Both the position numbers and the translations under genes were made by a program. A stretch of 50,845 nucleotides of DNA from positions 1-50,845 of the forward strand of contig JADGNU010000003.1 of assembly GCA_017883305.1 (NCBI GenBank), written 5' to 3'. The notes below the pieces were generated by a model, which was given only the letters and a program-made list of their open reading frames with translations, was not told where the DNA came from and made no database searches. This document shows, one piece after another, positions 29,298 through 37,632 of this stretch. The stretch is from Candidatus Aminicenantes bacterium (GTDB lineage Bacteria; Acidobacteriota; Aminicenantia; Aminicenantales; Saccharicenantaceae). Positions within the stretch are counted from its first letter, which is position 1; each line of letters begins with the position of its first letter.

Positions 29298-31682
29298 ATG
29301 ACGAAGAGAACGGTTCTTGTCTGCGGCCTTCTCGTCGCCCTCGCGCTTCCGATGTCCCCGGAGATTTTCTATCCCTGGAAGGAAACCTACGTCGGGGCCC
29401 TGGACGCGTCCGGATGGCCCGGCCTGGTCATCGCGCCGACGGCGGATTCCGCCTTCGCGTTCGTCCTGAGGGTCGAGCGGGAAGGGGAGGCGGCCGAAGG
29501 CGGGGATTTCTATTACCTCGTTTCGGAGGTCGGCGCCCATTCTCCCGACGGGCTCTACGCTCGTATGCGCTTCGACCTCGGGCTGCCGTTCAAGATGGGC
29601 CGGGCGACGCCCATCCTGATGAAACCCTCGCCGCGGCGGCAAGCCCTGACCGTCGAATGGTCCCGCCGGGACGAAAGGACGGTCATCGGCCGCATCGTCA
29701 GCCCCGAGGGAGTCCGCGTCACCTTCGTCCATTATTTTCCCTGGGGCGGCAAGGGCGAGTTCAAGCTCCTGCCGGGCGGCGAGGTCCGCGGCCGTTCCGC
29801 GGCCCGGGCCGGCCAGGCCTACCTCATCTGGACCAGCCGCCCCGCCGAAGCCGCGGCCGCGCCGGCGGAAAGCCTCGCCCGGGCCTACGTTCCGGGCGAT
29901 GACCACACCCTCGCCTTCGCGGCCGGGGTCGGCGACAACGACGAACTCGTGGCCGCCCACCTTTATCGTTATCGGAATGCCGATACGATCGGCGCGCTCA
30001 TCGACGAAGAAGCCCAAGTCTACGAAGAGAAGAGGGTCAAGGTCCGGGGCCTCTTCTCCGGCGTTCCCGAAGCGATCACGAACAGCCTTCACTGGACCGT
30101 CCTCTACCAGCCAGGAAGCCACCGCCTCTACCTCCCCGCGGGACGGAGCTGGATTTTCCCCCGGTCCGACGGCCGGAAGGAGGATTGGACGGTCTTCTCC
30201 GGCAGCGAGTTTCTGACGCCGCTCGAGCTCGCGCTCGAAAGCCAGAAGTTCGCCGTCGACGCCCTCCGGGCCGTCCTGGAAACCCAGTATCCCAACGGCA
30301 ACATCCCCAACTGGCGCGGCGCTTCCAGCGGATCCGCCGACCGGTCCCAACCCCCGATCGGGGCGTTCGTCGTCCTGAAGCTCTTCGAGCGGCTGGGAGA
30401 CAGGGAGATGCTGCGGCACGCCTACCCCTATCTCCAGCGCTGGCACGATTTCTGGACGGCCCGCCGCCCGAACGGCCCTCCCCGGCGCGACGGCAACGCC
30501 GATGGACTCCTCGAGTGGGGGTCGGACACGGCCCTCGTCGGCAAGGACGTTCCGTCGTGGGAGAAAAACGCCTCCGGGAGGATGAGGGCCGGCTGGGAGT
30601 CCGGCCAGGACGACCTGCCGGACTGGGACGACGTCCCCTTCAACGAGGAAACCGGGACGCTGGCCATGAACTGCGTCGATCTGAACTCGCTCTACGCCCT
30701 GGACGCGTGGTGCCTGGGGGAGATCGCCTCCGTGCTCGGCCGGCCCGTCGACGTCGAGCGCTACCGGGGCGAATACGAGACCATGAAGTCGCTCGTCAAC
30801 GCGAAGCTCTGGAACGAGACGGAGGGCTTCTATTGCGACCGCTATTGGGATGGCCGGTTCTCGGCCCACAAGCCCGCATCGGGGTTCTTTCCGCTCCTCG
30901 CCCGGATCCCCGACGACGCCCGGGCCCAGAGGATGCTCAAGCACCTGCTCGATCCCAAGCAGTTCTGGGGCGACTTCATCGTGCCCTCGATCTCCCGGGA
31001 CGACCCGGCCTTCCGGCCCGAAAGCCAGCAGTCCTGGCGGGGCGCGGTCCGGCCAGCGACGAACTACCTCCTCTACCAAGGGCTCAAGGCCTACGGCTTC
31101 GACGCCGTCGCCTCCGAGTTCGCGCGGAAGAGCACCGAGATGTTCATGAATAGCTGGCGGAGCTTCGGCCTCTCTCCGGAGAATTTCGATTCCCTCACCG
31201 GCGAGGCCGGGGGGGAACGGTACCAGAGCGGGGGACCGCTGGCCGCCCTCATCGCCGTCGAGGAGTACCTGGACTTCACGCCGCACGAAGGTTTCCGCTT
31301 CGGCATGCTCAAGCCGGACGCCAAAGGCAGGCTGTCGCGGGTCCTCGTCCAGGGCCGTCATTACGAGGTCGAGGTCTCGAACTCGTCGACCGTCCTGCGC
31401 GAAGAGGGCGAGACGATCCTCTCCGTCGATGGCGGCGCGGTCGTCCGCCGCTTCTTGTACAACGAATCGGAAGTGTCGTTCATCATCAAGACCTTGAAGC
31501 GGCGCGAGGTCCGGCTGCGCCTCCTGAAAAAGGGCAAATACCAACTGCTAATCGACGGCCGCGAGGTGGACGTGTTCTCCGCCAACTCGCGCAAGTTCGA
31601 GGTGCCGGAGGGCGATCACACGGTCCTCGTCCAGCTCCTCGAGGATCTCGAGAAGCAGAACGAGAACGCGACGTCCGATTGA
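29298..31682 (+). CDS. Secreted (alpha/alpha)6 glycoside hydrolase, GH63/MGH1-like
   Basis: Signal peptide MTKRTVLVCGLLVALALP. Motifs DRSQPP, ESGQDD, VDLNS, LWNETEG, WRGAV..NYL, ENFDSLTG. Confidence 0.8.
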   Translation: MTKRTVLVCGLLVALALPMSPEIFYPWKETYVGALDASGWPGLVIAPTADSAFAFVLRVEREGEAAEGGDFYYLVSEVGAHSPDGLYARMRFDLGLPFKMGRATPILMKPSPRRQALTVEWSRRDERTVIGRIVSPEGVRVTFVHYFPWGGKGEFKLLPGGEVRGRSAARAGQAYLIWTSRPAEAAAAPAESLARAYVPGDDHTLAFAAGVGDNDELVAAHLYRYRNADTIGALIDEEAQVYEEKRVKVRGLFSGVPEAITNSLHWTVLYQPGSHRLYLPAGRSWIFPRSDGRKEDWTVFSGSEFLTPLELALESQKFAVDALRAVLETQYPNGNIPNWRGASSGSADRSQPPIGAFVVLKLFERLGDREMLRHAYPYLQRWHDFWTARRPNGPPRRDGNADGLLEWGSDTALVGKDVPSWEKNASGRMRAGWESGQDDLPDWDDVPFNEETGTLAMNCVDLNSLYALDAWCLGEIASVLGRPVDVERYRGEYETMKSLVNAKLWNETEGFYCDRYWDGRFSAHKPASGFFPLLARIPDDARAQRMLKHLLDPKQFWGDFIVPSISRDDPAFRPESQQSWRGAVRPATNYLLYQGLKAYGFDAVASEFARKSTEMFMNSWRSFGLSPENFDSLTGEAGGERYQSGGPLAALIAVEEYLDFTPHEGFRFGMLKPDAKGRLSRVLVQGRHYEVEVSNSSTVLREEGETILSVDGGAVVRRFLYNESEVSFIIKTLKRREVRLRLLKKGKYQLLIDGREVDVFSANSRKFEVPEGDHTVLVQLLEDLEKQNENATSD

Positions 31683-31698
31683 CCAAGGAGGGTTCACC

Positions 31699-32778
31699 AT
31701 GACGCGCTATTCGAGAAGGAATTTCCTGAAAACGGGCGCCGGGGCCGGCGCGGCGGCGCTCTTCGCCGGCGGGCTGACGCCGCGGTCCGCCGCATCTGCT
31801 GGGTCGCCGGCCGCGGCTCCGGGGACGCCCCGGGTCGTATCGAGCGGCAACGGGATCCGGGCCACGGCCAAAGCCATGGACGTGCTCCGGGCGGGAGGCG
31901 ACCCGCTCGACGCCGTCATTGCCGGGGTCAATATCGTCGAAGACGATCCAGAGGATATGTCCGTCGGCTACGGCGGCCTGCCCAATGAGGACGGCGTCGT
32001 CGAGCTCGATTCGTCGGTCATGTACGGTCCGACCCATTCCGCCGGAGCCGTGGCCGCGCTGCGCAACATCAAGAACCCGTCCCAGGTGGCCCGGTTGGTC
32101 ATGGAGAGGACGGACCACGTCCTCATCGTCGGCGAAGGGGCGCTCAAATTCGCCAAAGCCCACGGCTTCAAGGAGGAGGATCTTCTGACCGAGAAATCGC
32201 GGGCGGCCTGGCTGCGATGGAAAGAGACGATGTCGGACCGGGACAATTGGTTCCCGCCGAAGACCGAGAGCCTGCCCGAAGACCTCCGATCGGTGATGAG
32301 CACCCACGGCACGATCAACTGCATCGCCATCGACGCCGCCGGGCGTCTGGCCGGCGTGACGACGACGAGCGGCCTGTCCTGGAAGATCGCCGGCCGCGTC
32401 GGCGACTCGCCCATCATCGGAGCGGGGCTCTACGTCGACAACGAGATCGGCGCGGCCGGCTCGACGGGGCGGGGAGAGGCCAACCTCCTGACCTGCGCCA
32501 GTTATCGCATCGTCGACGCCATGGGACGGGGGAAGAGCCCGGAGCAGGCCTGCCTCGAGGCTTGCGAGGCGGTCGTCGCCAAGACCAAGCTCGTGCCCCG
32601 GCTCTGCGACGACCAGGGCCGTCCGAACTTCGGGCTTGATTTTTATGCCCTCAATAAAAAAGGCGAATTCGGCTCGGCCGGCTTCTACCAGGGCGGGAAG
32701 TATGCCGTCCACGACGGCGTCGAGAACAAGCTCCGCGATGTCGCCTACCTTTTCAAGCGGCGGGAGGGAGACCGCTAA
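31699..32778 (+). CDS. N4-(beta-N-acetylglucosaminyl)-L-asparaginase / isoaspartyl peptidase (Ntn hydrolase), Tat-exported
   Basis: Tat motif SRRNFLK; SVGYGGLP; VELD; HGTIN (nucleophile Thr); TTSG; GRVGDSPIIGAG; STGRGE. Confidence 0.9.
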   Translation: MTRYSRRNFLKTGAGAGAAALFAGGLTPRSAASAGSPAAAPGTPRVVSSGNGIRATAKAMDVLRAGGDPLDAVIAGVNIVEDDPEDMSVGYGGLPNEDGVVELDSSVMYGPTHSAGAVAALRNIKNPSQVARLVMERTDHVLIVGEGALKFAKAHGFKEEDLLTEKSRAAWLRWKETMSDRDNWFPPKTESLPEDLRSVMSTHGTINCIAIDAAGRLAGVTTTSGLSWKIAGRVGDSPIIGAGLYVDNEIGAAGSTGRGEANLLTCASYRIVDAMGRGKSPEQACLEACEAVVAKTKLVPRLCDDQGRPNFGLDFYALNKKGEFGSAGFYQGGKYAVHDGVENKLRDVAYLFKRREGDR

Positions 32779-32796
32779 GGCTTCCCGGAACGGGCG

Positions 32797-33468
32797 TCAC
32801 TCGCGGACGATGATAACGGAAAAGCCCTCGCCCGCCAGGCGGTGGGCCAGACTCTCCACCTCGCCTTGGTCCGCCCTGACCCGGACCCGGAAGTACGTGC
32901 CGCGGTCCGTCTTCAGGCGCGACACCACGACGTTCCTGTAGCTGCCGTCGAGGCGGCGCTTGATCGCATAGGCGTTCTCCTGGACGGAGAAGGCGCCGAC
33001 CTGAATCCAGACCGTCAATTGGCCGGGGTCGGCGGGAGCCTTGAAGCCACTCAGGGTTTCCAGCCGGACGCGGGCCGTGCCCGGACCGACCATCCCCAGC
33101 ACCCGCGCCGCCGCATAGGATAGGTCGATCGTCCGGCCCCGGACAAAAGGGCCCCGGTCGTTGATCCGGACGACCGCCGAACGATCGTTCTCGAGGTTCG
33201 TGACCATGAGGTAGGTCCCAAACGGCAGGGTCTTGTGGGCGGCGGTCAGGTCGTTCATGTCGAAGACTTCCCGGCTCGAGGTCGGGCGGCCGTGGAATTC
33301 CTGTCCGTACCACGAGGCCAGCCCGATCTCGACGCCGGGACCAGGCCCCCGCGGCAAACGGGAACAGCCGGTGACACCCAGGGCGAGGGCGGCCGAGATC
33401 AAAGCCGCGGAGAGCCTCAGCGCGGGCCTCTTCGGCCCCGCCGGTCCCGGACCGAGACGGTCAGGCAA
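32797..33468 (-). CDS. rlpA: RlpA-family lytic transglycosylase lipoprotein with SPOR domain (start approximate)
   Basis: Lipobox VTGC; GLASWYG; TAAHKTLP; RINDRGPF; IDLS; SPOR motif IQVGAF. Confidence 0.9.
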   Translation of the reverse strand: MPDRLGPGPAGPKRPALRLSAALISAALALGVTGCSRLPRGPGPGVEIGLASWYGQEFHGRPTSSREVFDMNDLTAAHKTLPFGTYLMVTNLENDRSAVVRINDRGPFVRGRTIDLSYAAARVLGMVGPGTARVRLETLSGFKAPADPGQLTVWIQVGAFSVQENAYAIKRRLDGSYRNVVVSRLKTDRGTYFRVRVRADQGEVESLAHRLAGEGFSVIIVRE

Positions 33469-34198
33469 GAGACTCCGAAAGCCTTTTCTTGAGATAGGTG
33501 AAGGCCTCGCGCGGCGTCGAAATGATGCGGAAGAGGCTCAGGTCATCGGCGCAGATGGCGCCTTTCTTGACCATGGAATCGAACTTGATCAGATCCCGCC
33601 AATAATCGCCGCCGTAGAGGACGAGGGCCAGCTCCTTCTTCGAGATCTTGCTCGTCTGAAGCAGGGTGAGGATCTCGAAGAACTCATCGAGAGTGCCATA
33701 GCCCCCGGGAAAAGCGATGACCGCCTTGGCCTTGTAGGCCAGCCAGAACTTCCGCATGAAGAAATAATGGAAGGAGAAGGACAGCTCGGGCGTGATGTAA
33801 GAGTTCGAGTCCTGCGGTTGGTTGAGCGAGATGTTCATGCCGATCGTCTGGCCGCCGGCGCGCATCGCGCCCCTGTTGGCCGCTTCCATGATGCCCGGGC
33901 CGGCCCCGGTGCAGACGACAAAATCCTTGCCCTTCGGCGTCTTGATGCCGATGGCCCATTTGGCCAGAAGGTAGGCCAGCTCTTCGGCCTCCCAATAATA
34001 GCGGTGGAAGGCGGAGTCGGCATTGGTCGGATCGGCCTTGGCCGATCCCAGGAAGAGGATGGTGCTGTTGATCTTGGCCTTGTCCAGCCGGGTCATGGGG
34101 CTGAGATACTCGCTGAGGATGCGGAGGGTCCGGCCCTCCAAGGACTCCAGGAACTCGGGATCGCGGAAGGATTGCTCGGGGCGCTCGATTTTCTTCAT
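33461..34198 (-). CDS. LOG family nucleotide monophosphate nucleosidase (TIGR00730-like)
   Basis: Motifs GSA, TGAGPGIMEAANRGA, FHYFFMRK, FPGGYGTLDE. Confidence 0.9.
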   Translation of the reverse strand: MKKIERPEQSFRDPEFLESLEGRTLRILSEYLSPMTRLDKAKINSTILFLGSAKADPTNADSAFHRYYWEAEELAYLLAKWAIGIKTPKGKDFVVCTGAGPGIMEAANRGAMRAGGQTIGMNISLNQPQDSNSYITPELSFSFHYFFMRKFWLAYKAKAVIAFPGGYGTLDEFFEILTLLQTSKISKKELALVLYGGDYWRDLIKFDSMVKKGAICADDLSLFRIISTPREAFTYLKKRLSESLA

Positions 34199-34340
34199 GG
34201 TCGGATCGGCCTCCTTGGCATGGGCTCAGGGGGATTCTAACAGATTCCCGCGCCAACCCTCAATAGTGCAGCCGACCCCGCGGCCACGTTTTGACTTGGA
34301 GAAAGGCGTATGTTATCAATAAGCCCGAAAGGACGGCCTG

Positions 34341-35075
34341 ATGGACAGCATGCGGACAAAGCTCGCGTCACTCGAATACCCCGGACGGCTCATCGTCATC
34401 GGCGCGGCGCCCGACGGCGGCCGGGCCGTGATCATCTACGCCATCACCGGACGCTCTCCCTCGAGCCAGGCCCGGCGCCTTGTCCTGCGCGACGGCGGGA
34501 TCTGGGTCGAGCCGACCGACGAAGCCACCCTGAAGCAAGGTCACGTCGACCTCCTCGTTTATCCGGCCGTCCTGTTCACCCGGGCGGGCCTTGCCGTCTC
34601 TAACGGCAAGCAGACGACCGACGTTCGCGACCGGCTCACGCCCGGCGCCGGCCCCGTCCCGGCGCTCGCTGCGGCCCTGGCCTCCTGGGACTTCGAGCCC
34701 GATGCGCCGATCTTCACGCCCCGGATCAGCGGTTGTCTCGCCGGCGGCGCCGCCGGCCTGAGCGTCGTCAGGCGCGGGCCCTCGGGCGAAACCCTGCGCA
34801 ACTATTTCGAGGCCGTGTTGCGCCCGGGAGAGGGGCGGCTCGTGTCCACCTATGAGGGACCGAACGCCGATCCTTTGCCCGTCTTCCGCGGCGAGCCTCG
34901 ATTCGTCGACCTGGCCGGTTCCACGGCCGCCGAGACAGCGGAGGACGCCTATCGGAGCCTCGGCCCCGAGCCGTCGGCCAAAGACTTCCGGGTTGCCGTG
35001 GCCTGCGTCTTCGTCTCACCCGGGGAGCCGGACAAGGTCGACGTCCGCATCATCAACAGGCACGAAAGGACATGA
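34341..35075 (+). CDS. Stand-alone IMP cyclohydrolase-like protein (PurO-type Ntn fold)
   Basis: Motifs YPGRLIVIG, YAITGRS, VSNGKQT, FEPDAPIFTPRISG resemble the archaeal/Firmicute PurO-type family. Directly upstream of an AICAR transformylase. Confidence 0.78.
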   Translation: MDSMRTKLASLEYPGRLIVIGAAPDGGRAVIIYAITGRSPSSQARRLVLRDGGIWVEPTDEATLKQGHVDLLVYPAVLFTRAGLAVSNGKQTTDVRDRLTPGAGPVPALAAALASWDFEPDAPIFTPRISGCLAGGAAGLSVVRRGPSGETLRNYFEAVLRPGEGRLVSTYEGPNADPLPVFRGEPRFVDLAGSTAAETAEDAYRSLGPEPSAKDFRVAVACVFVSPGEPDKVDVRIINRHERT

Positions 35076-35079
35076 CGCC

Positions 35080-36159
35080 ATGAGCAAACCCGAGCGCACC
35101 GCGCGCAGTCAGTATCTGACCAAGGTCGGGGAGGATTTCCCGGACACCCTCCAAGTCGGCGAGGACACCTTCGTCAAGAAGTTCCCCATGCGCTACGGCG
35201 AGAACCCCGGCTACCCGGCGGCCTTTTATCAGGAGGACGGCGCGTCGGGACCGAACATGGGCCACCTCGAGATCCTTCAAGAAGGGACCAAGGGCCTGAG
35301 CTACATCAACGTCGGGGACATGGACCTCGGCCAGCGCCTGGCCCGCAAGCTCACCCAGGTCTTCCCGGGCCGCCACGTCTGCGTCATCATCAAGCACGAG
35401 ATGCCGAGCGGCGTCGCCCTCGGCGACGACCCGGTCGGGACGTTCGAAAAAGCCTGGAAGTGCGACTCGCTCTCCAACTTCGGCGGCGTCGACGTCTTCA
35501 GCTACCGCGTCACGGCGCCCCTGGCCCGCCTGCTCGTCGAAAGCCCGCGCAACGTGGAGGTCGTCTACGCTCCCGATTTCGAGCCCGAGGCCCTCCAGGT
35601 GCTGGCCGCGCGCAAGGTCCTTCGGGTGGTCAAGATGGGCGCCCCGCTCGACACGCCGTCCGTCGACAACGGGCTCGAGGTCAAGCGGGTGGCCGGGGGG
35701 CTGCTCCTGCAGAAGCGCTTCGACTCCAAGATCGTCTCGCCGGATTCGGTGGATGTCGTTTCGGTGCGCAAGCCAGCGCCGGAGGAGGTCCGGGCGGCCC
35801 TGTTCACCTGGACGGTGGCCTGTTTCACCCGGTCCAACGCCGTCATCATCGGCACCGCCGACAAGACCCACGGCATCGGCTCCGGCCAGCGGAGCCGGAT
35901 CGATTCCGCCGAGGATGCCATCCGGCTCTCGCGCCGCGGCTATGGCCCGGAAGGCTGCGTCATGGCCTCCGACGCGTTCATGCCGTTCCCCGACGTCGTC
36001 GAGCTCGCCGGGAAGCACGGCATCACGGCCATCATCTATCCCCTTGGCTCGGTCAAGGACCAGGAGGTCATCGACAAGGCCAACGAGCTCGGGCTGGCCA
36101 TGATCATCACCCGGAAGCCGGGCGAGCTCGATTCGGAGCGCTGCTTCCTCCACCGCTGA
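35080..36159 (+). CDS. purH: AICAR transformylase domain only (PurH lacking the N-terminal IMP cyclohydrolase domain)
   Basis: Motifs MRYGENP, LSYIN, IIKH (catalytic Lys-His), FGG, SNAV, GIGSGQRSRIDS, ASDAF.PF.D, GSVKD, C-terminal RCFLH. 359 aa. Confidence 0.85.
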   Translation: MSKPERTARSQYLTKVGEDFPDTLQVGEDTFVKKFPMRYGENPGYPAAFYQEDGASGPNMGHLEILQEGTKGLSYINVGDMDLGQRLARKLTQVFPGRHVCVIIKHEMPSGVALGDDPVGTFEKAWKCDSLSNFGGVDVFSYRVTAPLARLLVESPRNVEVVYAPDFEPEALQVLAARKVLRVVKMGAPLDTPSVDNGLEVKRVAGGLLLQKRFDSKIVSPDSVDVVSVRKPAPEEVRAALFTWTVACFTRSNAVIIGTADKTHGIGSGQRSRIDSAEDAIRLSRRGYGPEGCVMASDAFMPFPDVVELAGKHGITAIIYPLGSVKDQEVIDKANELGLAMIITRKPGELDSERCFLHR

Positions 36160-36218
36160 GGAGAAGCGGCCCCGGATGCCGCCGCGGGTCCGGTTCAAGG
36201 GCCCCGATACGTGATGCC

Positions 36219-37616
36219 ATGAGAAAACCAATCGTTCGGAACCTATGCGTCCTGGCCCTCATTGTCCTCGCCGTCCGGACCGTCTTGTCCGGCAGCGGAA
36301 AGCCCGAAGACTATCGGGCGCTCGTCGACAAGGTCCGCGAGACCGGCCTGTCCGGTGAGCGGGCTTTCGCCCTTCTCGAAAGGATCACCTCGGTCGGTCC
36401 GCGGCTGACCGGCTCCCCCCAAGCCGCCGCCGCGGTCGATCTCACGCGGGACCTCATGGCGGAGCTTGGCCTGGCTCGCGTCCATACCGAACCTGTCGAG
36501 GTCGGACATTGGACGCGGGGGCAGGTCGCCGAGGCGTCCGTGGCGGCATCGCCTTCCCGCGCCGCCATCCCCCTCGCCGTCTGCGCCCTCGGCGGGAGTG
36601 TCGGCACGCCCGAGCGGGGAATAACGGCCCGGGTCGTCGAGGTCCGCTCCCTTGAAGAAGCGGCCTCGCTCGGAAAGTCGGCCGAGGGCAAGATCGTTTT
36701 CTTCAACAGGGCCATGGACAGGGGCCTGACGGATTCGTTCGCCGCCTACGGCGCGGCCGCTGACCAGCGCGTCAGCGGGGCTTCCGCCGCGGCTCGCGTC
36801 GGCGCGGCCGCCGTCCTCGTCCGGTCGCTCACGTTCCGCGACGACCGCAACCCTCATACAGGCATGCTGCGCTACGACCCTGACGCCCCCGCCATTCCCG
36901 CCGCGGCGATCGGCACCGCGGACGCCGATCGGCTGAACGCGCTGCTCAAGAAGGGCAAGGACGTCTCCGTATCGCTGCGGATGGACTGCCGCGACCGGGG
37001 AAAGGTCGTCTCGGCCAACGTCGTCGGCGAGATCACGGGCTCCGAGCTTCCCTCCGAGATCATCCTCCTCGGCGGCCACCTCGACAGCTGGGATCTCGGC
37101 GTCGGCGCCCACGACGACGCCGCGGGCTGCGCCGCGGCGCTGGAGGCAGTCGCGCTCCTCCACGATCTCGGCCTGCGGCCGCGCCGGACCATCCGGGCCG
37201 TGATGTTCATGGACGAGGAGTTCGGCGGCACGGGCGGCCGGGCCTACGCTGTGGCGCCGCAGAGGAAGGGCGAGCGACATCTGGTCGCCGCCGAATCCGA
37301 CCGGGGCGGCTTCGTCCCTGTCGGCTTGGCGATCGGAAGCGGCGACCGCAAGGCCATCGAGCGCGTCTTGCCGTACGCCGACCTCATCAGACCGTTCGGG
37401 ATCTGGTTCATCGTCCCGGGAGGGGGAGGCGTCGACGTCGCTCCCCTCATCGCCAACGGAGCGGTCCCGGCGGCCGTCCTGGTCAATGCGCAAACCTATT
37501 TCGACGTCCACCATTCCGCTCTCGACGTCGTGGCGAGGGTCGCGCCGCGGGAGCTCGAGCTCCAGGCCGTCGTCCTCGCCATCCTCGCCTATATCCTGGC
37601 CGAGGAAGGCGTTTGA
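36219..37616 (+). CDS. Secreted M28 peptidase with PA domain (carboxypeptidase Q-like)
   Basis: Signal peptide; GPRLTGS; GGHLDSWD; GAHDDAAG; DEEFG; ESDRG; HHSALD. Confidence 0.9.
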   Translation: MRKPIVRNLCVLALIVLAVRTVLSGSGKPEDYRALVDKVRETGLSGERAFALLERITSVGPRLTGSPQAAAAVDLTRDLMAELGLARVHTEPVEVGHWTRGQVAEASVAASPSRAAIPLAVCALGGSVGTPERGITARVVEVRSLEEAASLGKSAEGKIVFFNRAMDRGLTDSFAAYGAAADQRVSGASAAARVGAAAVLVRSLTFRDDRNPHTGMLRYDPDAPAIPAAAIGTADADRLNALLKKGKDVSVSLRMDCRDRGKVVSANVVGEITGSELPSEIILLGGHLDSWDLGVGAHDDAAGCAAALEAVALLHDLGLRPRRTIRAVMFMDEEFGGTGGRAYAVAPQRKGERHLVAAESDRGGFVPVGLAIGSGDRKAIERVLPYADLIRPFGIWFIVPGGGGVDVAPLIANGAVPAAVLVNAQTYFDVHHSALDVVARVAPRELELQAVVLAILAYILAEEGV

Positions 37617-37632
37617 GCGCGCAGGAGACCGC

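Noticed and set aside
34199-34340. Possible ZMP/ZTP riboswitch ahead of the purO-purH pair
   Set aside because: The region is filled by two divergent promoter-like elements and shows no recognisable ZTP aptamer.
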